Source: the human T2T-CHM13v2.0 reference genome, Homo sapiens
Reading direction: 5' to 3' (one strand)
DNA length: 64,000 nucleotides
Assembly (NCBI RefSeq): GCF_009914755.1
Contig: NC_060925.1
Made by a program: the position numbers and the translations under genes. Numbering within the stretch: the stretch's first letter is position 1; each line of letters opens with the position of its first letter. Below the pieces are notes generated by a model. The model worked only from the letters and a program-made list of their open reading frames with translations, was not told the origin of the DNA and did no database searches. Shown here piece by piece: positions 45,180 through 63,944 of this stretch.

Positions 45180-47379
45180 GACAACAGTGCGAATCACAAT
45201 CAGGGAATTCAAGGGCACAAATGGGAACATTCAACCACTGCCATGAAACTGCAAAACTTGAAGGCTCTAACACTGAACCTTCAAATTTATTAAAGTTCTA
45301 TCTCAATCCTAAAATTAAAGCCATATAGTGGCCTTTTCCTCCTGAACCCCGAGGTGGGGTGGTGCAGAACACTCCTGGACAAGTGGGATTGGGCCGAGTT
45401 CACTGCAAAAGGAGGGATGAAAGCGGCTTTCCCGAATTCCTCACCCACCATCATTCCTCCCGTCTCAAACAGGAGGACGAGAGAGTCAAATACTGAGCAA
45501 GGTAAATGGAATCGCCACTTTGGGAACTCTGGATGCATGCCACTTCCTTTCCCCGGGAGGAAAGGCCCCTCCAGGCCTACCTGGTCCTGGAGCTGGACAG
45601 GACCCATCCAAGAGTCCCACCCTGAGGGCGGGAGCCGCCACCTGTTGTCAAGTCTGAAAAGCCACCATCTGGGCTTCCTTCCCAGGGATTGATTCATCCT
45701 TACGTCTGTCCTGGCAGCCTTCGCAGATTACAAAACCCTCTTTATCCCATTTAGTTTTTATGACAGCAGTCAGAATGGTGACTTCATCTGAGCCCCAGCC
45801 AACCTCACGGTGTAATATGAATCCCTCCTAATGACGAAACGAGACATTATCCCTTTTGCTTTGATTTTTCACTGTTGCTGCTGCTGCTGTTAGGCCCTGC
45901 ACCTGGCAAAAGTAAGTGCAATACTCATCTGGAAGTGAGTGATTGAAAACTCTAGACAAAAACTCTGCAAGCAAACCAAAGAGGTTAATTTGTCTGAAGA
46001 CACAGAGCTAACAGAGGCTAACAGAGGCTGAGCTGTGATTCACACAGCAGTCAATCTGACCCCACAGTGCTGCTGTTTCATAGATGACGAAAACAAGACT
46101 GGGAGAGGTGAAGTGGCTTGCCCAAGCCGCAGGGCTGGTGAAGAACTGAAGGAGACTTAACTCAGAGCTCCAGATCCCTAAGGCAGGCACTCATGCTTTC
46201 TTTGAAGAAATGGGGGACTCCACTGACTTCTGAGAGAGGAAACACTTATGCAATCCGCTGACAGTCTTGGTTGGCAAGCCACAGAGTGTGACACACAAGA
46301 TAGAAGAGGGAGGCACTGAAGCCTCCTCAGTTGTCTTGGGGTGGGAGGTCCAGGAAACCCCACCATCACCCCTCAGCATGTTTGAAGAACCCCATCTCCA
46401 GCCCAGGACCCCATAAGCCTTTCACCAAATCCCTTCCCAGCCCCTCCCCGCCCCCCACTCAGCACTCATGATCCCTCCCCTCTGCCAAGCATCCCCACCC
46501 ACAAAGCCCCTCACAGTCAGCCCCTGACTTCCAGCCTAGCCTGGTCAGAGCACTGCCCCTCCCAAAGCTAGGAACTCCCCAGCTGGGGCTGCTTCTTCCC
46601 CATCAGGCAGACATCTGCCGTTGCCCTTCTGCACCCCTCTCCTCCCACTGCTAAGGGCAGGGAGTTCAGACCTGGAAGTTCAAGAGAAAGAGATGAGTTC
46701 TTGTCTCTACCCCTCCCCAGGTCTTCATTTCTACCCACTCCCAGGAGTGTCCGGCCTCTGGGGAGTTTTTCCTCATAGAGGAAGGAGGAATATGTTGCCC
46801 AGGAGACAATGCCAGCCTCCACTCTGTGAATTCAAGGTGAATCCTCGTGGTTGAAACTACAGGAGGAAAAACAGAGACTGAGGTGGCTTTGGTCTCGCCG
46901 TCTAAGTAAACTCTAGCACAGGTGCCGTGGGGTGTCCCTCACACAAAGCCAAAGCACTCAATCTACAGTGCACCTTGAACCCACCACACAGGTATTCTTA
47001 AACACAAGAGCTTGCCTCCTCTTTCCCTGCAAACCCCAAGGACTTGGTCTTCTTGCCTCCCCTCTGCAGTAATTCTGCCACTCCTCTGTTCCTTGGGTTT
47101 GCAGTAGTCACTGCTGGTCACCAACCATCCACCAGTCCCCTCTCCTTCCTTCTTGCTGGCAGACCACACCTTCCACAACAAAGGCCAACAATGCCAAAGA
47201 CTTGGTCTCCAAGCCTCCTGTGCCTCTAGAAGTGGCCTAGATGGGACCTAGTTCTGGCTGGTGATATGAAGGAGATGTCTTCTGGAGAGTTTATGAGAAA
47301 GATTTTCTGCCTTTCTCCAAAAAAACAAAAAAAAAAAGTTTTGGGAGAAAAAAAAAAGTTCCCTGCACTCCCTATTTAC

Positions 47380-50189
<2,810 letters not shown>

Positions 50190-50351
50190 ACCATGCAGAC
50201 CTCCCCTGCCAAAGCCAAGGTATGAAGCAGGATGGCACCTTCCCAGCTCCCACCAAGCCCCTCCCCACCTTCCTTCTGAGAGCCCTTTCCATCAAACCAT
50301 CTCCTCCCTTTTCCCTCCTTCCTCTGCCTGCCCTCTCCTGCTAAGGTCTAC

Positions 50352-50370
50352 TCCGCCCCCTGCTGGCCAA
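50352..50370 (-). promoter_or_regulatory. Candidate CTCF site (reverse)
   Basis: Minus strand TTGGCCAGCAGGGGGCGGA, a near-perfect CTCF core. Confidence 0.7.
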
Positions 50371-51683
50371 TCTTGGCAATGGCCTAGGTCTATTACGAGA
50401 CCCTTCCCCTGGTCCCACCCACTTTCTAAATTAAGAGTACTGATGTCACCCCTCACCCAACCACTGCTCCCAGGAGGCCAGGGGACACATCATTGACTTC
50501 TTGCCATCAGACTGGAGGTGAAAGAGGGGGGATCAGTTTTGGGGTCACTCTGACCCACGCAGGGAGAAGCTATGGTGATGCCCTATCCTTACCGTGAGAC
50601 TAGGAGCTCCTGTGGTCATGAGTGGTCTTCCCCTGAAATAAGAGCTCCCTAGAGGTCACTCTTTGGTTAGGGCCACAGGCTCTCATTCTGAGTCCCTCGG
50701 GCCAGCTGAGGGAAAGCTACTGGAGCAAAGCAACAACAAGCAAGGGCGAGCATGGTAGGTGAACACCCAGCTGGGGAGGACAGGCTGGCCCCAGGGGACA
50801 TTTGATTGGGGTCACACCTGCTCTGAACTGCCCTGAGACAAAGAGGATCCACTCCCAAAGTATGTTGGATTTTTCCCAGAGATTATCCTATCCTTAAAAT
50901 GCAAAACACATAAGATTCTCTTTGCCTGCTGGCCTGGCTTCCCCACCCGCCTCTCAGAACAGCAGGCTGTGACCTCATCCCTCCCCAGGACCCATGGCAG
51001 GTATTACCCCAGTGGCCCGTGCCTCACCCCACGCCCACCCCATCACCTCATCCTACAACCTCTGGGCTCCCCAGACAACAGCAGGGGTGACAGCACAGGC
51101 CAAGGCAGATGTGAACACTAGGAATCTTTAGCAAGAACTAAGGCCCCAAACCCAGCTCAGACGATCCAAGCCTCGGAGCACTCTGGAGCGGGGAAGCTCT
51201 GAGAGGCCACCAGGGAAGGGGCAACACTCCAGCCAACTCAGATGAGGTGAAGCCCACCTCTGCCTCCCTTGCCCCCAAATGCTTCTCTCCCAGGGTCTAT
51301 CTTCCTGCATTCAATCCATTCAGCACCTGCTGGGGCCAGGCTGCCCTGGGCACTGGAAAAACAAAGATAAGACAGACAGGATTCTTGCCCTGTTAGAGCT
51401 GATGGTCTGAGAATTAAGAAGTCGTTGTTAATTTTTCTTTTTCTTATCTTATTTTCATTTATTAATGATAAAAAGTAATCCATCCTCATTACAGAAAATG
51501 CAGACTATACGAAAGCATGTAAATTAGAAAATAAGAACTATCCATTATGTTCCAAATTATTTTGTTTTTTATGTTATAATGCATCTTCCATTATTTTTAT
51601 ATTTTTATCTAATTAACGCATGTACATAGCTTTTTTAAAGTCAAATAGTTCAAAAAAATTTATAATAAAAAATTGGTATTCCC

Positions 51684-52094
51684 ACTATGCAGCCATAAAA
51701 AGGAATGAGTTCATGTCTCTGCAGGGACATGGATGAAGCTGGAAGCCATCAATCTCAGCAAGCTAACACAGGAATGGAAAACCAAACACTGCATGTTTTC
51801 ACTCATAAATGGGAGTCGAACAATGAGAACACATGGACACAGGGAGGGGAACATCACAAACCCGGGCCAGTCAGAGGGTAGGGGACAAGGGCAGGGAGAG
51901 CATTAGGACAAATACCTAATAGCATGTGGGGCTTAAAACCTAGATGACAGGTTGATAGGTGCAGCAAACCACCATGGCACATGTACACCTATGTAACAAA
52001 CCTGCACACTCTGCACAGGTATCCCAGAACTTAAAGTAAAATAAAAAATAAAAATAATAAATAATAATAATAACAATTAAAAAATAAAAATAAT
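51684..52094 (+). mobile_element. L1PA (about L1PA7/8) 3' end
   Basis: ACTATGCAGCCATAAAAAGGAATGAG...CCCAGAACTTAAAGTAAAAT plus A-rich tail; TSD AAAATT[G/A]GTATTCCC at about 51669-51683 and 52095-52109. Confidence 0.9.
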
Positions 52095-52777
52095 AAAATT
52101 AGTATTCCCTGCCTTACCTGCAGTCCCTCTCCTCAAAAGGAATCAATCGTTTTAACAATTTCTCATCACTTATTGAGTGTACTCCCATCATTCTAATAAC
52201 GTGGCTTACGTTTCTATTACTTAATGCATTGCCTTTAAACATTATCTGCGGAATGCCTACAATGAAAGATAGGGATATAACTCTCTTTTGTTCTACTTCC
52301 CAACTCTTCTCTATTCTCCTCCCCAGTTTTGATAGTTATATTATAATTTTAGTTCTTCTCTTGACTACCTTTGTAACTTTTAATAATAAGCCTAAGCCTC
52401 CCTTTGTTTTCAGACAGTGCCTCTGAACTCCCCACACTAGAAGAGGATATGTGTGTCTCCCCGCTTCCCTCCAACCTCCCTCCTCACCTTCCTCCTCCCA
52501 CCTTCTGTCAGTTACAACTTTACTTGTCATGTAAACACTGTCATGTAAAACACTGACATTCTATTCTGGAATCATAATTAAGTCTTTGGGCTTTGTTTAT
52601 AGATCTGTTAAAAATAATCAAAAACCAGAAAATAGTGTTTACATTATTATGGCAACATTATTATTGTTTATTACAAAGCTAAGATGACACTTCTTTCTGT
52701 AATGATCCAGAGTTACAACCTCTTGTCTCTTACAGAATAATATTCCTAGCATGTCAATAAAATTCTTTTTTTCTTTT

Positions 52778-53131
52778 TGCTATAGACTGAATGTTTGTGC
52801 CCCCAGTATTCATATATGGAAACCTAATCCCCAATATGATAGTATTTGTAGGTGCGGTCTCTGGGAGGTGATTAGGTCATGAAGGTGAAGCCCTCATGAA
52901 TGGGATTGGTGTCCATAAAAAGACATTGCAGAGAGCCCCTTTACTCCTTCCACTTTGAGGACACGGTGAAAAGACTGCCATCTATGAACCAGGAAGCCGA
53001 CTCTCACCAGACACTGAATCTGCTGGCACCTTGATCTTGGACTTGGAGCATCAGGAGCTGTGAGAAGTACATTTCTGTTGTTAAGCTACCTAGCTTATGG
53101 TATTTTTTTATAGCAGCCCGAATGGACTAAA
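52778..53131 (+). mobile_element. MLT1A-type MaLR LTR
   Basis: TGCTATAGACTGAATGTTTGTG...GAATCTGCTGGCACCTTGATCTTGGACTT...GCAGCCCGAATGGACTAA. Confidence 0.85.
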
Positions 53132-53176
53132 AGTGCTAAGACACTTTAACTGTCAATTGCTCAGTATCATGCCACA

Positions 53177-53442
<266 letters not shown>

Positions 53443-53861
53443 TGAGGTCTCTAATTGCTTTGGGTTTTTTTTTTCTTTTGTTAAAAAAGAAATCTATACT
53501 TTTGCCTTATATTACTAATGTCTTCTAGTTTCTTATTCTATTACATGAATTCTATTACAAAGTCATTTTTCTGGAAACCCCCTTATTGAATCTCTTTGAA
53601 GATGCAGTTTTCTAGTCCTGCGTTTCTCCTTTTCTTCCAGGGCTATTGCTTATTCTGAATGTTATTTTGTCTTTTCTCTTTTGTGCTGGGAGTATTCTTC
53701 ATATTTTGGTGATTCTACATCCTTAAGAATAAAAGGTTAAGTTAGTTTTTCTAAATAGCTCTTACATTGATGCAGGGTTTACTGTGCTATTGTGAATGTA
53801 TATCGATTTTCCCAACTGGTTTCTCCTCTGCATAAGAAGGTTGCTTAGAAGTACCACTTAT

Positions 53862-54159
<298 letters not shown>

Positions 54160-55738
54160 GACACCATTTATGGCCTGGCAAGCTTCACTTGAGGGTGAAT
54201 TGACAGGAACCAGCTGTTTATGCTGGAACTGAAAAGGCTTTATTCTAGGGGGCCAAGGTAAACGAGCCAGAGTATGTGTTAATTTTTTTAAAGAAGAGCA
54301 GGACCTAGACAGCTATTGCTCTGCAAGCAGATGAGAAAGAGAGGAAAAGGGTTTGACTGCCCTAGCTGGTGCCTGGACAGACTTTCAGTTAACCCTAGCA
54401 TTGCCTGTCCCTTCTCATTTCCACCCTACATGGTCAACTCATCCCTAAGTCTCTCTGGGGCTCCAAAGTGTAGGTCAGCTCCACCTCCTCCCCAGTCCTT
54501 TGCAGGCATCATATTCTGTTCTGAGGCTTCCTCCACTCTGTTTTATCCATCAGCACACCTCCTTTGCCTTTCCAGCTTGGGGAAATGTTTAAATCTCCTA
54601 CCCACTGTCTGATCCACCTTATATCATCTCTGCTGTGATGGGTTTATAGTCGCCCTTTAATGGGATCTCTGAAGGGAGACACAAACACAAGTCCTCAACC
54701 CATTATTTGGAATAAAATATCCTTTATGCTTCATTTGTTGTATTTCCTCCCAGACTTTTTTATAGCCATAAGTTTACGTTTCGCACCATACTAATTTCAC
54801 AGGAGATTCATAAGTTTTCAGAAAAGAAAAGGGAAAAAGTACAGACAAATAACTTTGGAAAATTTCTCCCTTTTAGAAATTCACAGTACACATTAGTATA
54901 ATAATGCGTCAGTCAATATTCAGAAATGCGAGCAGCAGAAACTGCCTCAAACTGATTTGAGGAGAACAAAATTTTACTTAAATAACACTAAATTCTAGTA
55001 TTCTCAAAAAACTGAAATAATTCTAGATTCAAGAAGACTAGAGAACTAGGGTTTAGAAGGTGGGCAAGAACAAAGGAAAGTTACGCAAAGAGAAATGCCA
55101 AAATCACACCGCCAAAACAGCCTGGTGAGGACCTTGGCATAGTCACTCTGAACACTGAATGGCATGGGCACTGAGGAATGTGGCTGGCCCCTGCCAGGAA
55201 GGGTTCCCCAGCACCTCTGCTTCCGGGGGTAACCAGCCCAGCTCCAACTCCCAGACAGGTGTATCTATCCGACTGGTGAAGCCACCAGGGAAGAGAAAAG
55301 GTAAGGAACTGGGATCATCCGCTTCTGCTGTAGGAGATGGACACTGCCTGATGAGGCGAGAAAGTCCACACATGGAAGATGAGGGTCCAGGAGTTGGGTG
55401 GCCAAAAAGAAAAAATATCCAATAAGGCACTGAGAAGACTTGCCAAAATGAAATGGTTTTACATGGTTTTGCTTAGATTTTCCTAGCCTTGTTTTACCAG
55501 ATCCCTTTTTCTGGAACAATTATTCACAAACATCTCATAGAAAGTAGTGTTCTACAGAAAGCAATATGAGAAATGCTGTCATATAAGTTTAGAGAAATTG
55601 TTACCATTTTTACACAAAATTGGAATTACACTGTACATACAATTTTGCATCATTTAATGTGTAACAGCATATAACTTACCTGTATATCAGTTAACAGAGC
55701 ATAGTTAATTTTCTTTTCTCTTTTTTTCCTTTTTTTTA

Positions 55739-56040
55739 AGAGACCAGGTCTTGCTCTATTGCCCAGGCTAGAGTGCAGTAGCTATTCACAGGAGTGATCC
55801 CAATACTGATCAGCACAGGAGTTTTGACCTGCTGCATTTCTGACCTGGGCCAGTTCACCCTCCTTAGGCAACCTGGTTGTCCCCTGCTCCCAGGAGGTCA
55901 CCATATTGATGTCAAACTTAGCGTGGACACCCAATTAATTGGCATAGTGCACTGCAGCCCAGGACTCATAGGCCCAAGAGATCCTCCCGCTTCAGCCTCC
56001 TGAGTAGCTGGAACTATAGGCACGCACCAGCACACCCAGC
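55739..56040 (-). pseudogene. Full-length 7SL (SRP RNA) retropseudogene (RN7SL-P type)
   Basis: Reverse complement of 7SL including the S-domain absent from Alus (GCTATTCACAGG...TGATCAGCAC..GGAGTTTTGACCTGCT...CCTTAGGCAACCTGG...GGAGGTCACCATATTGATG); preceded on + by a poly-T tail. Confidence 0.93.
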
Positions 56041-56310
<270 letters not shown>

Positions 56311-56478
56311 TAAAGATTTTCAAAAACATTTTTACAAATATTATTCTAATCTTGAAAATTAAGAATAAATGTATATCCTTTTATTCTCCTCATGTAAAAT
56401 GAGGAAATTAATACACTTTTACTCTTTCTCAATCTGCTTGCTACTTACTGGTGTCCAGCAATATGGCTTGTGACTTAA

Positions 56479-56802
<324 letters not shown>

Positions 56803-57635
56803 TAATTAATTGTATTTTCATTTTATTTTTTCTTGAAATAATTATTTTTTAAGCTTACAGTAAATTTTATTATTATATTTCAATTATTTAGATCTAACAG
56901 TATGTTTAACCAGTTTTATTGGTTTACCATCAAGAATTCTAAGTCACCATTCCAGAATTCTTAAAATTTTTATTCATCTTTTAGCCAGTCTTGAAGTAAT
57001 TTACTTCAAGAAGAGAACATGATTCTTTACTTCAAGAAGAGAATATTAGGGACCTTTGTATATCTAGGGATATTTTTCTGGTGTCCTCACAGATGGCTAG
57101 CTGCTTAATTATGTTTATGCAATTCTGAGGCACAACCTTTTCTTTCCTCAAAAACTGAAGATTTTGCTTATTTGTAACTTCTAAGAAATATGAGATTCAC
57201 TTGAATTGCTCTTTTATAGGCAATCTTTTTATTTTCCTTTGAGCAATACTTTTGCCTGAGAGTGTCTAGGCATATCTGTGTTTTTATACATTTTGCCTGG
57301 GTTGCAGAGAGCCCTTTTGGTCTACACAAAATCTATGTGGTAGATGCTACAGCTCTAGAGAAAGTTGGCATTTGTTGTGGCTATTTACCTGCTGTCCATG
57401 CCTGTTGTGACTGACATCCAGCAATGTTGATGGACACTGTTAGGAGCTACTCTTATTGTAACAATGAGGGTGCCATGCACCACTCCCAGTATTCTCTTTC
57501 TTCTCTCTTACGTCTACTTTCTGCCCAATGATCCTTTATTCTCTTGTTAGATACAGAAATATTGGGAAGACCAAGGAAGAGCTCAGGGCTCTGGCTGCCT
57601 TATAGTGATAGGCAGATAGGAAGGCAAACACTAAC

Positions 57636-57696
57636 ATTAAATTAAATTAAATTAAATTAAATTAAATTAAATTAAATTAAAATATAAAATAAAATA
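57636..57696. repeat. (ATTAA)9 pentanucleotide repeat plus (AAAAT)n
   Basis: Direct reading. Confidence 0.95.
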
Positions 57697-58096
57697 AGCC
57701 CTACAAGGAGTTGTCTGTTTGGTAGTAACCCTATGTAGCCAGGAAGCTCCATCTTGCCCAAGTTGGGGCAGGGGATGGAAGACTACCCCTTCCATGCACC
57801 ACCACCTCCCTCGGTTTCCAGGCCCCACCACCCATGTGGGCCTTTGGTGGGTGGGATGGGAGGCTCAGTGAAGTGTCCAGGCCCTATGTTCCTCCTGCTG
57901 GCACTGATCAGTGCTGGGAGGGCCATCTCAGGGCTAGAACTGTTCTGTGAGCTCAGTGCTCTCAGCTCCTGCCCCCACCAGTCGTCCCATATGGATTGGC
58001 TGGGGTCATGGTAGGAAGCTTAGGGAACGCTTACATATGCTTCCAAATCTTTATTATCTTGCACCTCTACCCTGGCTTTTTAAAATGCAAGCACCA

Positions 58097-58401
<305 letters not shown>

Positions 58402-58601
58402 TTCAAGCACCAAAAGTGTGACACCTGTTTTTTCTGGTTCTTCACTAACTGCATTCACTAAAGCTGCCAGTGACGCTGGTCCAGCTGCCTGGATGCAGGA
58501 CGGGCTCCAGAAACCATTCAGTGAAGCCTGGTTGGGAGAGAAAACACAAAGGGATCCCCACACCCTGTCTCTGGGCCCTCCCAGGAGCAGACCCTGTAGG
58601 A

Positions 58602-58787
58602 CAGCAGTTCTCAAAATGTGGTCCCCAGAACGGCAGCAACAACGGCACCTGGGATCTTACTAGAAATACAGAGTCTCAGGCCACCACAGACCTGCTTGTG
58701 TTAGGACCTCTGGGATAGGGGCCCAGAGATCTGTGTTCTAACAAGCCCTCCGGTGATCCCAGTGCCCACTCAAGTGTGCAAATTACT
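58602..58787. mobile_element. MER5A DNA transposon (hAT-Charlie)
   Basis: CAGCAGTTCTCAAAATGTGGTCCCC...AACAAGCCCTCCGGTGAT...CAAGTGTG..ACTG. Confidence 0.8.
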
Positions 58788-59062
58788 GCGCAGTTACCAG
58801 GTGTCCTCCCACACTTTCACGGGCTGTAGAAACTAGTCTAAGAGAGAACGGAGCGCAGAGCACTGACCCAGGGTCTTCATATTTCCTTGTGCTTGCTGTT
58901 TGTTGGGCTGGGTAGTGTAGACATTTTGCCTTACTCCCTACCTTCAGGAGCCATTTCACAAGAATATGATGGTGTCACGGTCTGTGGGCCAGGTGCCTTT
59001 TAAATTGGAAGCTCTCTTTTAAGACTCAAGGCAGCTTTATAGGATAGATAATTGTATCCCAT

Positions 59063-59490
59063 TGCTATGGCTTGAATATTTGGCCTCCCTAAAACTCATG
59101 TTGAAATTTAATCTTCAGTGTGGCAGTACTGGGAGATGAGGCCTGCAAAAGGTGATTGGGTCATGAGGTCCCTAGCCCCACGAATCCACTAATCCATTCA
59201 TTCATGGATAAATGGATTAACGGATTAATGGGTGATCATGGGAGTGGGATTGGTGGCTTTATAAGAGGAGGAAGAGAGACCTGAGCCAGCGCACTCAGCC
59301 CCAGCACCACTTGATGCTCTGTGCTGCCTCAGAACTCTGCAGGGAGTCCCCACCAGCAAGAAGACCCTCACCAGATGCAGCCCCTTGACCCTGGACTTCT
59401 CAGTCTCCAAAACTGTAAGAAATAAATTCCTTTTCTTTATAAATTACCCAGTTTCAGGTATTCTGAAGCACCAAAAAACAGACTAAAACA
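59063..59490 (+). mobile_element. MST-type MaLR LTR (MSTD-like)
   Basis: TGCTATGGCTTGAAT...AAAACTCATGTTGAAATTTAATC...GGCTTTATAAGAGGAGGAAGAGAGACC...CAGACTAAAACA. Confidence 0.82.
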
Positions 59491-60026
59491 CTAGTTTTTC
59501 AGCTGATGAAACTAAGTCTCACAGAAGTTAGCTGCTCTTTCTAAGTCAAAGTCTAACTCCCTGCTGCCTTCTGCAATGCCATACTGCCTCACAGTGGCAC
59601 TGCCATCTCAGCCTGGCACCAGATCACCTGGGTTTGCAACTCAGCCCTGGCACCAGCCCTGAGGCATGGCCACAGCTTTTCACTTCCCTGGGCCTCTGTT
59701 TCCTTACCTGCAAAATAGGGGTAAACCCAACCTGCCCAACCCACCTACCTCCCAGAGTCATTTGCAGGGCCAAGTGGGAAAAATGATCTTAATACAGTAT
59801 TAATCTTTCCATTTCCCCAGGTGTGTGTGTGTTGGTGGAAAGCAGTGGTACAAGTGTGGGCAGAGGACAGTGACTCGAATAGTGAGGCAGAGGAGAGTCA
59901 CCAAGGGTACATGTTGCTATGACATAGTGTCAACGTGGGGGCTTCTGAAGGGATGTCTTAGTGTTTTAGATATTTTGAGGGGAAAAACTCCTCTACTAAG
60001 ACTCACTTCAGAGAAAAAGAGAAGCT

Positions 60027-60740
<714 letters not shown>

Positions 60741-61251
60741 AAGAGAAAAGAGTTCACAGCACTGGATCATACAGGGGTAAATGCCAAAACTCATATAATG
60801 TCCCCTGGCTTCTAGATGCCATTGATGCTCCATCTCTCTTTCTTGGGAGATCTTGCACTCTCTTGCATGCTAGGAGGGCTTCTGTGTGAGACACAACTTT
60901 GGTCATTCACTGGTAGCAATCCAAAGGAGAGAGGACATTCTTTCCCTCACATCCTTCCCCCAGGAAGAGGCCATGATTGGCCCAATTTAGTGTAGTGCCC
61001 ACCTCTTCAATAATCATTGTGGCCAGAGTGACATCATCACAAGAGCTAGATTTGAGGCTTGGAAAAAAGAGCCCTCTGATGGGTCATTTGTGTAAAGTTG
61101 GTACTTGTTGCAAAAGACCCAGAGAATGCCATTTCCTCAGAACATTCCAGAGGATGTCAGCCTGGGGGCTGTTTGCTGAACAGGCCCCCAAGTTTCCCCT
61201 CACGTTCTCAACTTTGTCTTATTGAAATTCCAGCATACCTACCTGACATGG

Positions 61252-61606
61252 TGTATTAGTCCGTTTTCATGCTGCTGACAAAGACATACCCAAGACTGGG
61301 AAGAAAAAGAGGTTTAATTGGACTTACAGTTCCACATGGCTGGGGAGGCCTCAGAATCATGGTAGGAGGCCAAAGGCACTTCTTACATGGCAGCAGCAAG
61401 AGAAAAATGAGGAAGAAACAAAAGTGGAAACCCCTAATAAATCTATCAGATCTCGTGAGACTTATTCACTATCATGAGAATAGCATGGGAAAGACCGGCC
61501 CCCACGATTCAATTACCTCCCCCTGGGTCCCTCCCACAACACATGGGAATTCTGGGAGATACAATTCAAGTTGAGATTTGGGTGGGTGCACAGTCAAACC
61601 ATATCA
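61252..61606 (-). mobile_element. THE1 (THE1C-like) solo LTR
   Basis: TGTATTAGTCCGTTTTCATGCTGCTG...AAACCATATCA with 5-bp TSD CATGG (61247-61251 and 61607-61611). Confidence 0.93.
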
Positions 61607-63202
61607 CATGGTCTCTAAACTGTCTTTAGGAAACCATATCACCTGGATCCAACCTCTGGGTTCCAAATTCAATTTCTTCTCAGCTACAAAATCCTTCTTG
61701 CTACATCACCCCTGTACGCACAGCCACATGGCACCCAGGTCCACATGGGCAGTGAGCCACCACCTCTCATCTGCTTCCTCTGTCACAGGACTACAAGGGG
61801 CTGAGCAAGGTAGGCATGGTCAGGGTGCCAGGCATCAAGGGACAGGGCTATCGGATCAGCCGGGCCTGTGCTGTGACAGGTAGGAGTGAGGCAGTATGAT
61901 TGGGAGCACCACCAGCACCACTAAAAATGGGGAGAGAAAGTTCCGCTAGGAATGGGGTTATCAGAAATGGGAAGAGACGGTGGTCAGACCTGTGTGGGTG
62001 AAAATGAATGCAGGAATGACACCAAAGACCGGCTAGCTTCCACAGCCCTTTGCAGGATGCTCTGAACTTGCTGAGCCCTTTCACACCCGCCACCTGGTCC
62101 CTGTTGACCCACCAGCTGTATGCAGCTGACTATCTTCACCAGCTCCTTGAACAAGAATTTCCATTTCCAAGGCCAGGGTGGGGGAGGCTGCAACATTTTT
62201 TGCCAGAGAATCCAAAGAGCACATGAGTCAGCTGCCTGGGTGAAGGCCCAGATCCCTGTGGCGGGTCAGCCAGAGAGCAGGAGCTGGCCCTGAAGAGGGG
62301 AAGGGGGAAGAAAGAAACCCAGAGGGCTCAGAGAGCACAGGACCCTGCCCACGTGGGCCACTCTGCAGAGGCCAGGCCCAAGGCTGAGTTGGGCCTCCCA
62401 CACAGACATGGAATGAGAAGGCTGTCAGTGCAGGACAGGGTGAGGACACACTCAGCGGGCACGGCTTTCTCCCCTAACAGCCACTCCACCCAGGGGCCAG
62501 AAACTGACTTCACCTCTGCACTGAATTCCTCCCCCCACGTCTCCCTCCTCCCACCCATCTTCCTCCTGGTGCTTCCAGCAGAGCCAAGAAGGCTTCGCCC
62601 CACCTATTCCCCTCCTGCTGACACGGACCCCCCACACACACACCCAAGGAACAGGAATACCAAAAGTGATACTACCAGAGTGAAGCGTGTCCTGCAGACA
62701 TTATCTCTTTAATCCTAACTATAATAGTCCCTATTTCAGAGATGAGGCAAATGTGAGAAAACAAGTAACTTTCCCAAGAACACACAACCAAGAAAAAAGA
62801 AAGCCAAGATTCAAGTGCAAGTCTGCCTGGGGGTCTGGAGCCGGCTCCCCTGCTGCCCCCTGCCATCCCTCCCTTCCACTCCCACAGCCCCATTTTCCAC
62901 CCAGAAGCCCTCCTGGAAGCAACCCTCACCCCCAGGCCCCGTTATTCTAAGTCCAGTTGTTCACAATTCATTCTACAAGCCCTCATGTAATGGAATGCTA
63001 AAATAGAACTTTGTCACCAGCTCCTTTTTTATGTTGGCCTCAAAGCTGGGGACAAAGGGCATTAAGTTTCTATATATTCTTAAGAGAGGCTTTTGACCAT
63101 CTATGGAGAAATTTCTAGGTGGGAGGTGAACCAAAAACACAGTTCAGTGACTTTATCTACCCCTCACCTCAAGGAAGGGAAAGGCTGGGGACTGCTCAGA
63201 GA

Positions 63203-63380
63203 GGGCGGGGTGAGGGCGCCACGTGCTGCCCGTCCTCACCTCCACGAAGGAGGGCAAGTTTCCTCCTTCCCCCTTCAACCAAGTGAGAGGAGCTGTAAGA
63301 GAACCCCTCAGAGAGCGTGAGCTGTGTCCTGTAGAATTGGGGGATACAGGAAATTCTTCCTGACTCACACCTATAAAAGT
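63203..63380 (+). promoter_or_regulatory. Orphan promoter-like cluster: GC box, E-box, AP-1, TATA
   Basis: GGGCGGGG at 63203-63210, CACGTG at 63220-63225, TGACTCA at 63361-63367, TATAAAA at 63372-63378. Confidence 0.4.
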
Positions 63381-63944
63381 CCAAAGGCAAGAGGCTGCCT
63401 GCCCCAAAGCAGATGAGGAGGGGCGTCTGTGAGAGGCCTGAGGCTGAAGCCGATTGATGTTGGAGCAATGCTGGGGTCCTGTGGCCAGACAGGGATCCCC
63501 ACAAAGGGAGCCTGCCTACAGGACAGGGCCACCCCGCAAGGAGTCTGTGTGGAGACTTCTCCTGGAAGCCAGGGGCAGGGGCCGGGAGGCCACCTGAAGA
63601 AGGCAGCAGCTACATCAGGAGATCATGAGCTGGGGAGCCCACCCCAGGGGTCAGCGTTCAAGCATCCACCACCCAAGGAGGCCACCAAGGCCAGATTGTA
63701 AACACGCCAGTGAGAAGACCTTTGTGAGCACTGCCTCTCCTCCTGCTTCCCCCACTTACAAGAGCCAGAGGACACATGGTGTGGGGAAGGAGAGCTGAAA
63801 GGACAGAGGGGAGACAGTGAAGAAGCTACCCACATGCCCTTCCCCGCTGCAGGGCAAAAGCCAGTCCAGGCAAGAGAGGGCCTTTGAGAAGACGAGATTG
63901 AACTTCAGGCCGGACTTTTCACAGCCTGAAAATTGAGGCCTGGC

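Noticed and set aside
44833-45273. Pro/Thr/His-rich repetitive ORFs
   Set aside because: Products of the 23-bp minisatellite; the unit is not a multiple of 3, so the same peptides appear in all three frames.
61984-62196. ORF with FKELVK and an out-of-frame VNRDQV, reminiscent of S100 EF-hand motifs
   Set aside because: The motifs are short, in different frames and wrongly spaced, with no splice structure; compatible with chance. A profile-HMM search would settle it.
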